Shown piece by piece: positions 11,445 through 22,928 of a stretch of 38,687 nucleotides of DNA (its first letter is position 1; each line of letters starts with the position of its first letter). The translations under genes and the position numbers were made by a program. This DNA comes from Octopus bimaculoides (Eukaryota): assembly GCF_001194135.2 (NCBI RefSeq), contig NC_068985.1, positions 85,199,638 to 85,238,324 on the forward strand. Direction: 5' to 3'. The notes beneath the pieces were generated by a model that was not told where the DNA came from, ran no database searches, and was given only the letters and a program-made list of their open reading frames with translations.

Positions 11445-14400
11445 ATTTGTGTGTGTGTCTTCGTGTTTGTGTTTGTTACCCATCCCTCAACTAGTGTTGA
11501 TTTGTTTACATCCCCATAACTTAGCTGTTTGGCAAAATAGACTGACGGAATAAGTACGAGACTTTGGAAAATAAGTACTGCGGTCAAACTGACTAAACCA
11601 ATCAAGTGGTGCCCCAGCATGGTTGCAGTCCTACAACTGAAACAAGTGAAAGATAAAGAAAAAAAAAGATGATCATGATGAAGACAATGGTGGTGGTGGA
11701 ATCGTCGTCATCGTCATCATCATCATCATCATCAAAGGTAGTCTGGGAACAGTGAACTTACAAAACTAATGTGGCTTGAGTTTTAATAGGAGTCCAATGC
11801 AACCAGAAGGTGGGCTATAGGATTTTCAACAGCATCAAACAAATTAAGGGCTTATACTTCAGAGAAATCTTACCTTGAAAGATGTCCAACAATGCATACC
11901 ATTGCTGAAAAATGTATATCTTCTGAATGTAACAAGTCTACAGCTTGTTGCATTTTTTTCTTTTGTAGACACTTTCCAATTATATCATCTTTACCAATCT
12001 CTGTTACAAGGATAATAACAAAACAAAAATGTTAAAAAGATGAATGATAATTCATATAAAAAAAAGATAATTACTTTAAAAGAAATTTTTTTGTTTTCTA
12101 ATTTTTTTCCATGTTTTTCTCCATGTTATTTTTAGGTTATTTAACAGGTTATTATCTGCTATTTGTTATAGGGGGTACAAGCACTTTCACACACATTAAT
12201 ACGCACAACAGAAGTTTCCACCTACCAAATTCAATCGCAAAGCGCAGGTATGGCTATGTGGTAAGAAGCTTGCTTCCCAACCACATGATCCCAGGTTCTG
12301 TCCCACTGCATGGTACCTTGGGTAAGTGTTTTCTACTATAGCCTTGAGCCAATCAAAGCCTTGTGAGTTGATTTGGTAGATAGAAACTGGAAGAAGCTCA
12401 TCATATTTACACAGGGATTGGACAAAATAATGGAAACACCTAGCATCATAGCATCATAATTTTGAAATATCTATAAAACCATCAAAAGCTTGTTTATTTT
12501 TATGTTTTTTTTATTTATTATTAGTGTTGCTTAATATGTTTTGCTAAAATTGCTGTTTCTTTTCAGATATCATCAGAAAAAGGTAATTAAAATGACAGAT
12601 CTATCAGACTTTCAAAGAGGTTAAATTGTTGGTGCTCGTACTGCAGGTGCTAGCACAATTCACTAGCAAAGACATTAACCATAAAACAAATATCTCTCAC
12701 ACAGTTTCTACTACACATGCAAAATATAAATACAGGAAGAAAAGCTTGGAATGAGATGAAACAGAGTAGTAAAAACACGTTGATGATGAAGTCTTAGATG
12801 ACAATTAAAGAACTCTGGTAATCTAGCTGTTTGACTGATTGATCGAATGATTAATCATGCAATCAATTAGCTAGTCAGTTAACTGGTTAACTAGTTAATA
12901 ATAAGAAGAAAAAGTGAAATAACACCTGTGTGTGTGTTTCTTACAGGAAAAATAACTATATCAAAATACATCTGTTTCAATACATAATTTTATGGAGTAG
13001 AAAGGGCATGTCATTAAAGGGGTTGTGAATAGTGATGAGTCAGCAAATACAAGTGATTGATTGATTGATCAAACAATTGATTAGTTAGTTGGTTAAAGAC
13101 CTAACCGATTGATAAATATTAATAAAGAAGTGAAATTAAACCAGTGGATATGTTTATTATTGGCATAATGACTCTCCGAAGATATAATAAAATTGGAAAA
13201 TTGGAATTAACTGCAGGAGATCTATGTCTTATCGTTCATTTACTTTTATTTATATGTGTGTGTGTTTTGTTTTGCAAGATTCTTGATGTGAAATTGTGTG
13301 TTGAAACAAATGTTGTATCTTATCTTAGGAGAGCCATTTCACTAATAAAAATACACACACTAGTTGTATTTCACTTCTTTTTTTTTATTATTAGTCAACT
13401 ATTTAACTAATCAATTGCTTGATTAATCATTTAGTCAATCAGAACTTTTTCATCAGCATTCAATGACATACCCTCACCACTGACTTGGAGTAATGAGGGT
13501 ACATCATGGATGAAGCTACAAATGGCAACAAAAGGAGTCTGACAAACCAACTGATTGATTGAACAATTAGTCAAGCAATTGATTAGTTAATTGATTAATT
13601 AGTTAAATACCTAACTAGCATCAATAATAAGTGAAACAGAACCAATATGTGTTTTATTTAGGAAAATGATGGTTCCAAATCATATTTTAAGTTATTTTCA
13701 TTCTAACAAGTACAGGGTGGGTTTCTTTGAAAGTGGAGAATAAATAGTAATGATGAGAAATGATTGGACACAATGACAAATATTCAAAGATGTAAAGGAG
13801 GTGAGAAATGCTAATTACCTTGAAGACAATGAACAAGAGCTAACCAACTCCTGAAGCAGTAACCATGGTAACTGTAGACATGGCGTCGAACAACATCTAG
13901 AGACAGTAAATGAAAATAGCACCGAATAAATAATGACATTTGCCAGTCGTAGTGTTCTTCCACTGAAAGCACATGGTCTGGAGGATGGGGTGATAATTTG
14001 CTTCTGGTACCTTCCTGAAGCTGTGTCTCTACAAATCTGCTGAAAAGATGACAGAATCTGCCGTGGCAGTCTTTTGGTGAGCAGCTTCTGGAAGCAAACT
14101 GTGATGTTTGATATGTGGACAAGATATGTTTTGGTTTACTGTAGCTATTAACATAATTGGATGATGAACTGAATGACTCAGTTTCACTTTTACTGAGCAA
14201 AGAAGTATCAATAGATTTTGAGGAGGAATTGGCATCGGATAGCTCTAACTTTTGAGAAGCACAAGGACTTGTGGCGGTGTTAACACACCGGAAAAAGCAA
14301 GAACTTTGAAAGACTTTGGAGCAGATATCTCCAGTGCAATTAGTCTGGAAACATGCAATAGCTAACATGGAAGCAAGTTTGTGTTGTTCTAAAGAAAGAC

Positions 14401-16244
14401 CGAATGGGTCAGAAACAAAACATTTCATAAATAGTTTGGGATCACAGAGTTCATCATGTTGTTCTTCTTCTTCATCATCATCTTGTTCTTTTGGACTACA
14501 ATTACATTTCTGGTGAGGATCATTTTCTTTGCTTTCACAGGAATTTTTGTCAAATTCATCTTGGTTGTCCTTGGATTCTCCATCCATTTTCCCAAGAACA
14601 TTATTGTTTTTATTCATGATATCACCATGGTTGTCTTCAACATTATTAACTGTTTCAAAAACTGAAGCATGTGTGTTGTGTTCAAACAGACATTCTTCTT
14701 TCTTATCATAACTGCCATTGTCAGATCCAGTGTGGGAAGAATCCATTGCTGATTTGCTTCCTGTTTCACTTCCTTGGTCTTCAGCAAACAGTATTCTCTC
14801 ATCTTCCTTTGATTCTCCACTGGAAAAGAGAGAATTATATCCTATTTCAGCAGTGTCTTGGCTCCTGTCTGTCTCACATATATTGGAATCAGTCTGATCC
14901 AAGACAGACTCACTGCTGATGATATTATGATCAGAACTGAAAGCATCTTTCAACGTTGAGAATTCAGATAATGTGGGATTAGAAACCTTCTCAACAAAAT
15001 CTGGCTCACCAAAATCAGACTTTTTAACAGAACCAGGAGAGAAGAAATTTGGACTCCCAGACATTTCAAACCCTTCATTAATGTGGAAATTCTTACAGTT
15101 TTCATTTAATGTTTTTACAGGGGAAATGTGTTCCTTTCCCATATTTTTTGAAGACAAACACTCAATTTCTTTAGAGTCATTCAGATTTTCATCATCATCT
15201 TTCTTTGTCACTTCTTTTACAATATTGTTCAGTTTATCATTACTACTTCTATCAGAATCTGCTATTAGAGAAGTACTTGTTTTATCACTATCTTTTTTTT
15301 CCTCTTCCTCTTCCTCTATTTTCTCCTTCTCCTGATAATCATCATCATGATCTTCATTGACACAGGAGTTACTACTTTCAACAGGATCCCCTGCCCTGTT
15401 GATAGACTCTCCCACAAAGCCATGCTCTTGACGAGAATTTTTATGACCAAAATCTACACCTACAGTTCCTGTGGTTTCTTCGGGGTCAACAAAACTAGAA
15501 TCACTAGTGGAGATGAAGGAAGAAGTAACCCCTCTCGTGTAGATTGACTGGTCCATATCTAATGTTTGACCTTCGGTTTTGTCTTCAATACTTTCTTGTT
15601 CCAAAGAAGAGTGCACCTGTGCCTCAGTGTTAAACAGTTCTACACCACTATCAACAATCATGTTATGAGCTTCATTTTCTGATACAACCTTCTGAGAAGA
15701 TGAAGTCATTTTCTCCACAGGCTGCTGTGCTTCATTGATATGATTTTTAGTTGAACACACCTCACAATTCTTATCGTCATTTTTTGCAGAAACCTTTGTC
15801 TTGCAGGTACCATTATCTGTTGGATGTTTTTGAGGGTCTGGCAAATGTTGCAAAGAATTTTCATTCAACAAATTGTCACTGGATGAAGTAGAAACAGTGT
15901 CTTTTTCAGAATGCTTCTCTAAGTCTATCAACTTGTGCAATACAGCATTCTGGGTGAGATGTAAGTATTCAACCCATTTTTTAATGACATCTTCAACATG
16001 ATCGGGATGCAATAAAACCTCGACACTGTCCAGTTCTTCATGAGCCTCATCTGTGGCTGCAACTAAACTTGTTGTGTCAGCATAACTTTTGCTCTCAATG
16101 ACAGGCATATGCCATGCCACCTCTTCACCAGTGTCGACATTAGTTTCAGGGTTAATCATTTCTTCAGCAATTTGGAATTCAATAATTTCCTACAAAAAAA
16201 AAAAATAAATAAATAAATTAATAATGCTGATCATAATAATAGTA

Positions 16245-16281
<37 letters not shown>

Positions 16282-18080
16282 TAATAATAATAACAATGAG
16301 GGAGAAAATGTAATGATTCTTTGGGACTTTCCAGTACATACAGGATGAGCCATCAAAGCTAATAAACTGGATATTGTTGTGAAAGAACAAAACAACAAAG
16401 TTTGTTTATTGATTGACATGAGTATTTCTTATAATATATTGGCAAAAGAATTTGACAAGCTCAGAAAATATAAAGAACGAAAACGAAAATCCCGCGAGCG
16501 AGCGCGGAAGGCACGTGCGACTAGGTCGAGCAGGCTGCGTGAGCGAAGGGCATGCACATTGTTTGAACTATCCGTGTATTATCTCTTACCTTTGAGATTT
16601 GGATAATATGATTGTTTGATTGTTTAGTTTCAAAATGACATTTCAGGGTAGGTGTGAAAGACTAGATGTGGTCAGTTTGAACAAAAACAAGCAGAATGTT
16701 TTGGCCAGATATGGCTGGTTTAAATGCTAAGGGGTTAAAGTTAATTCTTTTACCATCTAGAAAGGTTTGTAAAATCAGTAATTTTAAACTTCACCTCTGT
16801 AATGATATAATTATATAATGATGCAAATAAGAGACATGATGCCTCCCTCTCTCCCTCAGTCTCTCCTCAAAACAGAACTATAGCTTGCTGTACTCTTTTA
16901 CTATTTTACTTGTTTCAGTCATTTGACTGTGGCCATGCTGGAGCACCGCTTTTAGTCAAGCAAATCGACCCCAGGACTTATTCTTTGTAAGCCTAGTACT
17001 TATTCTATCGGTCTCTTTTGCCGAACCGCTAAGTTACAGGGACATAAACACACCAGTATCGGTTGTCAAGCGATGTTGGGGGGGAGGGGACAAACAAACA
17101 CACACATATATATGACGGGCTTCTTTCAGTTTCCGTCTACCAAATCCACTCACAAGGCTTTGGTCGGCCCGAAGCTATAGTAGAAGACACTTGCCCAAGG
17201 TGCCACGCAGTGGGACTGAACCCGGAACCATGTGGTTGGTAAGCAAGCTACTTACCACACAGTCACTCCTGCGCCTATAGGTAACTTTTCAGGAACACCT
17301 GGTGATAAACATAAATATACTCTCAGGTAAACTAACTCTGTGTGACAAGGAACTTATAATAAGCCACACTAAACGAAAAGTTTTCATAACATCTGAGGAG
17401 GCAAGTTGAGCAAAAGAAGGATCCAAGACAGTCTACAGCTTCTGGTACATTGATAAAAGAAAAGAGACTTTTCAGTAACTTCTGGACATGTTCATAAATA
17501 ATGACATGACCATCATCCATATATGGATAGACGAATGAGGATAATAAACCACTTACCTTTCCATCACCAATCTCAGGTAACTTTTTCTTTAGGACATTCA
17601 CTAATTGGTCTCCTCGGGACAGGATGCTAGATCTGGAGATACTTTTGATGAAAGACTTTGTTCTACTTGATAAACTAAAAAAATAAACAGATATTGACTT
17701 TGATATTACTACTAATACTATCATTACACTGTCATGATGTCTTTTGTATTTTTGTTTTGTTTGCTTTGTGTTGTATTTTCGGGGGTTTTTTGGGGTTTTT
17801 TTTTGCATGTCCCTCTTTCATGTTAAGAATACAGAAACCTATTTCCCACCAATAGTTTCACACTTGGCATGTGTGTATGTGAGTGTGCATGCTAAATTCA
17901 GACTTTTATGGAGATCTGAAGCCAAGATAAGTAAATAAGATAAGGTGAAAACCAGAAACATGTGTTGGTCTATATCCAAAGGAAATAGGGGAGTTAAAAA
18001 TAAATATACTACTCTGAAGAAAAGCAAAAATTTTGACATTTTAGTCTCAGTTCTAGCATCTTGGACTCAGACATTTTATA

Positions 18081-18121
<41 letters not shown>

Positions 18122-18880
18122 TCATCATCATCATCGGTTAACGTCTGCTTTCCATGCTAGCATGGGTTGAATGATTTGACTGAGGACTGGCAAACCAGAT
18201 GGCTGCACCAGGCTCAAATCTGATCTGGCAGAGTTTCTACAGCTGGATGCCCTTCCTAATGCCAACCACTCCGAGAGTGTAGTGGGTGCTTTTACGTGCC
18301 ACCGGCACGAGGGCCAGTCAGGCAGTACTGGCAATGGCCACGCTCAAATGGTGTTTTTTACATGCCACCTGCACAGGAGCCAGTCCGGGTTCAGTCCCAC
18401 TGCGTGGCACCTTGGGCAAGTGTCTTCTACTATAGCCTCAGGCCAATCAAACCCTTGTGAGTGGATTTGGTAGACGGAAACTGCATGCATCCATCCATCC
18501 ATACATACATACATAGAGAGAGAGGTCTGTGAGTTATCTAAAGTTACAGTAGTAAATACTGGAATTTTTTCTCCCTTCCCAGTATTACATTCCTTTTAGC
18601 TACTGTATTTTCTTCATATTTTATAATTGTAAATTAGCCAATATTTAGAAACAAATCATTTTTTTGGCAACTCATTTTATGAATTATAAACTCTTATTGT
18701 TATTATCATTATTATGATTCTCCATAAAACTCATTAACTCCTTTATATAGCTAGCCAGCTGTTACATATACAATATGGCAAAGTGTTGACAACCAAATCA
18801 ATCACAGATGACATAAATGTGCACGATGAATGTAGATTTTATGGCAATTTAAAGACACAATAAGCAAATATCAGTTTATA

Positions 18881-18927
<47 letters not shown>

Positions 18928-21900
18928 CTCTTGCTACTCCAAGTTTCACCTGTAAATATAGCTCTCTCTCCTTTTATATTTTTCATATTCACAGGAGCAA
19001 GGAAGTGAAGGTCAGGAGTGTGACTGTGTTTGCGCATGAGTAAAAGTGGAGTGAAGACACTGTGAATGTTGCTACCAAATCATGCTTGATTGTGAGCAAT
19101 GGCCAGCCTAGATAAATAAAAATTATTTAGAAAACTGACTTAAAGTCTTTAAAATGTTATATTTACCAACAGATTTGTTTGTTTGCAGAGCTGGATGATG
19201 TTTCCAACCTACTTCCACTACCAAACTTGAAAACATAATCAGCATTCATCTTGACATTATAGGTCCAATTGCCATCAGTTTGTTCAACTATGATATTAAG
19301 TTTTCTTGGTAGCTAAATGACACCTTCACTTCTCTATTTAGCATCATGGAGACAGCTTCACACCCAAGAGCATCAAACAACTTCTATAAATATCTTTCTC
19401 CATTCTAGTAACATAACAGAAGCAATCTTTGTGTCCCAGATACATAAGACCACTATGGGCTCTTTCTTTGATCATTAAGATCCTCCCATCCTATATCCAT
19501 AGAAATAAACTTCTACTCCTTTGGCCCTAGACTACCACTTAGACCTATACGTAGCTAAACCATCTCCCAATGCTATGGACTGATGAGATTTTGTACTCTG
19601 CAACAAAGCCAACAGTATTCAAAAAGAAATTTACCCTAATCACATAGGGAAGAATTATATTCTGCAAGTCGCAGTGAAAGTAATCCATCTAGAAAAGGAG
19701 TAACTTCTAATTATCACATATATAGAGTAGATGGGACTCCTTAATCCTTGCAAATAATATCTTATGTCAGAGGTATGATAAAATATACCCAATCAATGCT
19801 GAATAAAACCATGCCAAAAAATTCTAAATATGTCATTTTAGTGATTTAATCTTATTCTCATGTAAGCAAAATTTCAATTAATTTAGTGCCATAGGCAAAA
19901 TGTGTTGCACACCAAAATGTAAACCACATCATGTTGTTGCTCTGGATTTCAAGGAGCTAAAATCTCGAGTGCCACCATAACGTTTTTTTTTACTTGTTGA
20001 GTCTGGAGGAGGAGTCAGAGGCCATGACCTTTGCAAACCCTCTGAGATTGGTAAGACTGATGTTGTTAATGTTCCATTTAAACTGTAGCAGGTAACATCT
20101 ACAGATAAGACATGAGCAGGGAGAAGATTTCTAAGAGCTGATATTCTAGGGAGGAAGAACTGGGCATAAGGTTTGATGTTAGAGGAGGTGACAAAAAGAG
20201 TGGTGAGATGCAGAGAGACAGGAGGGCTGGGGGTGCCTGAATGAAGGAGGTATGAGAGCAGCCATTTCTGAGGAACAGAGACCATTACAATAGCAATAGA
20301 GAAAACAAAACAGAGAGGTGACAACACATTTGTAGGCCAGAAACTGGGATACATAGCAGCACCACCACTTTACATGTAGGGGCAGTTTAACTCTTTAACA
20401 ATTAAACAGGCTGCATCAGGCGAAAATATTCTACCAGTTTTTATATTCAAACTGGTCAGATCCAGCCTCTCATACCTGCTCGACAATGTCATTTAAAAAA
20501 TAAACACTCATATCATCGAAATCTTGAAGCTACAAAATAATGCATGATTAATTCAACACAATGTGAATTAACAAGCATTACATTTGACAGAATAATCTGA
20601 ATGCTAAAGGGTTACTGGTACAATGTCCCAGTGTAATCAACATCCTAGGCATTTAAATATTAAGACAATCCAACCAGTACCTTTGGCACTTATTTGCTGA
20701 ATGTGTCAACCACAGCATTACAACCTAATCTAGTGGTTCTCAACCAGAATCCATATGACCCTTTAGGGTCCATGTGAGATTTTTTTGTTAAAATTTATGT
20801 GTAATAAATTTGTTACACTTCTACAATACACAAAATAATTCAACAATTTTTTTTATACAATTCTAAATAATATTTAATTCGGGGTTCGATTCCCCGCTGG
20901 GGAGGCCTTATTACTACACTCTCGGAGTGGTTGGCGTTAGGAAGGGCATCCAGCTGTAGAAACTCTGCCAGATCAGATTGGAGCCTGGTACAGCCTTCTG
21001 GCTTGCCAGTCCTAAGTCAAATCATTCAACCCATGCTAGCATGAAAAGCAGACGTTAAACGATGATGATGATATAAAAATATAAGAGGATATTTTTAAAA
21101 CATTGAACCGATATGAGGGTTCCAGTAGAGTAAAATAGGAATCAAAAGGAGCCACAGGTAAAAAGATGGCTGCGAAACGCTGACCTAATCAATCAAAATG
21201 TTATACGTACCTATCTTTAATGGACATTAAATTCATTTTGGCTGAGGTTAAAGAAAGTTCAGTGTCATCAAACATTCCGGTTGAACTTTCTAAAGGTGCA
21301 ATGCCAGGCTCCGACATAGAGTTGTTATTATACTGCTTCATTTCATGCTTGACTTCCCCGACAGTAGCAGCGATTCTTTCGAGCCTGTTGGTCATTAAGA
21401 CACCACTGCTACTGCTGTTGCTGTTGCTGTCGGAGACCGATTTCAATGGCGTTCCTTCATCTGAAGATGCCTTTGCTGTACTCAAACTGTCTGGCACTGC
21501 ATTATAGGCAACAGTATTTGTTTTGGAATTCAGCCTTTCAGACTGATTGCTAATCTGACTAAGAATGGTTGAGTGAGGCGTTTCTTCTTTGGAAGAGCTT
21601 CCAGAAACTTTTGAGTCACTTGAAACAACTGAACTCTCCATTGCAGAATTGTCTGAAAAAATAAATTTGAAAACAAACAAAAAAAATAAATAAAATAAAA
21701 AAATATGCAGACGAACTGTATTGAGCACTGAAGTCACCAGTCTTTTAATCAAAATGAAACTAAATTTTCATCGTAAATTATATTTACCAATTACATACAC
21801 ACACATATAGTGGCACATATCTTGTAATAAAATGCAGTGTTTAATGTTGGTCAAGCAGGTGGAATGAAAATAAAATGGTGAAGGGAGTGATTGATATGGT

Positions 21901-22897
21901 AAGTATAAAAATATAAGGTGAATGAGTGGCATANNNNNNNNNNNNNNNNNNNNNNNNNNNNNNNNNNNNNNNNNNNNNNNNNNNNNNNNNNNNNNNNNNN
22001 NNNNNNNNNNNNNNNNNNNNNNNNNNNNNNNNNNNNNNNNNNNNNNNNNNNNNNNNNNNNNNNNNNNNNNNNNNNNNNNNNNNNNNNNNNNNNNNNNNNN
22101 NNNNNNNNNNNNNNNNNNNNNNNNNNNNNNNNNNNNNNNNNNNNNNNNNNNNNNNNNNNNNNNNNNNNNNNNNNNNNNNNNNNNNNNNNNNNNNNNNNNN
22201 NNNNNNNNNNNNNNNNNNNNNNNNNNNNNNNNNNNNNNNNNNNNNNNNNNNNNNNNNNNNNNNNNNNNNNNNNNNNNNNNNNNNNNNNNNNNNNNNNNNN
22301 NNNNNNNNNNNNNNNNNNNNNNNNNNNNNNNNNNNNNNNNNNNNNNNNNNNNNNNNNNNNNNNNNNNNNNNNNNNNNNNNNNNNNNNNNNNNNNNNNNNN
22401 NNNNNNNNNNNNNNNNNNNNNNNNNNNNNNNNNNNNNNNNNNNNNNNNNNNNNNNNNNNNNNNNNNNNNNNNNNNNNNNNNNNNNNNNNNNNNNNNNNNN
22501 NNNNNNNNNNNNNNNNNNNNNNNNNNNNNNNNNNNNNNNNNNNNNNNNNNNNNNNNNNNNNNNNNNNNNNNNNNNNNNNNNNNNNNNNNNNNNNNNNNNN
22601 NNNNNNNNNNNNNNNNNNNNNNNNNNNNNNNNNNNNNNNNNNNNNNNNNNNNNNNNNNNNNNNNNNNNNNNNNNNNNNNNNNNNNNNNNNNNNNNNNNNN
22701 NNNNNNNNNNNNNNNNNNNNNNNNNNNNNNNNNNNNNNNNNNNNNNNNNNNNNNNNNNNNNNNNNNNNNNNNNNNNNNNNNNNNNNNNNNNNNNNNNNNN
22801 NNNNNNNNNNNNNNNNNNNNNNNNNNNNNNNNNNNNNNNNNNNNNNNNNNNNNNNNNNNNNTAAACTCATTTGTTTTCAAAATATCATTTGCATAAC

Positions 22898-22928
<31 letters not shown>

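Noticed and set aside
14973-15547. Plus-strand ORFs overlapping the giant exon (and similar ones at 21220-21507, 23795-24103, 25648-26205)
   Set aside because: Antisense shadows of low-complexity HPS5 coding sequence; no independent evidence
19160-19650. Possible decayed LINE/Penelope coding fragment
   Set aside because: It looks like coding sequence, but I could not read a diagnostic motif in any frame
21934-22861. A hidden HPS5 exon inside the gap
   Set aside because: Not required, because exon 23736-23999 (ends phase 1) joins 21211-21652 (starts phase 1) in frame; a symmetric exon cannot be excluded
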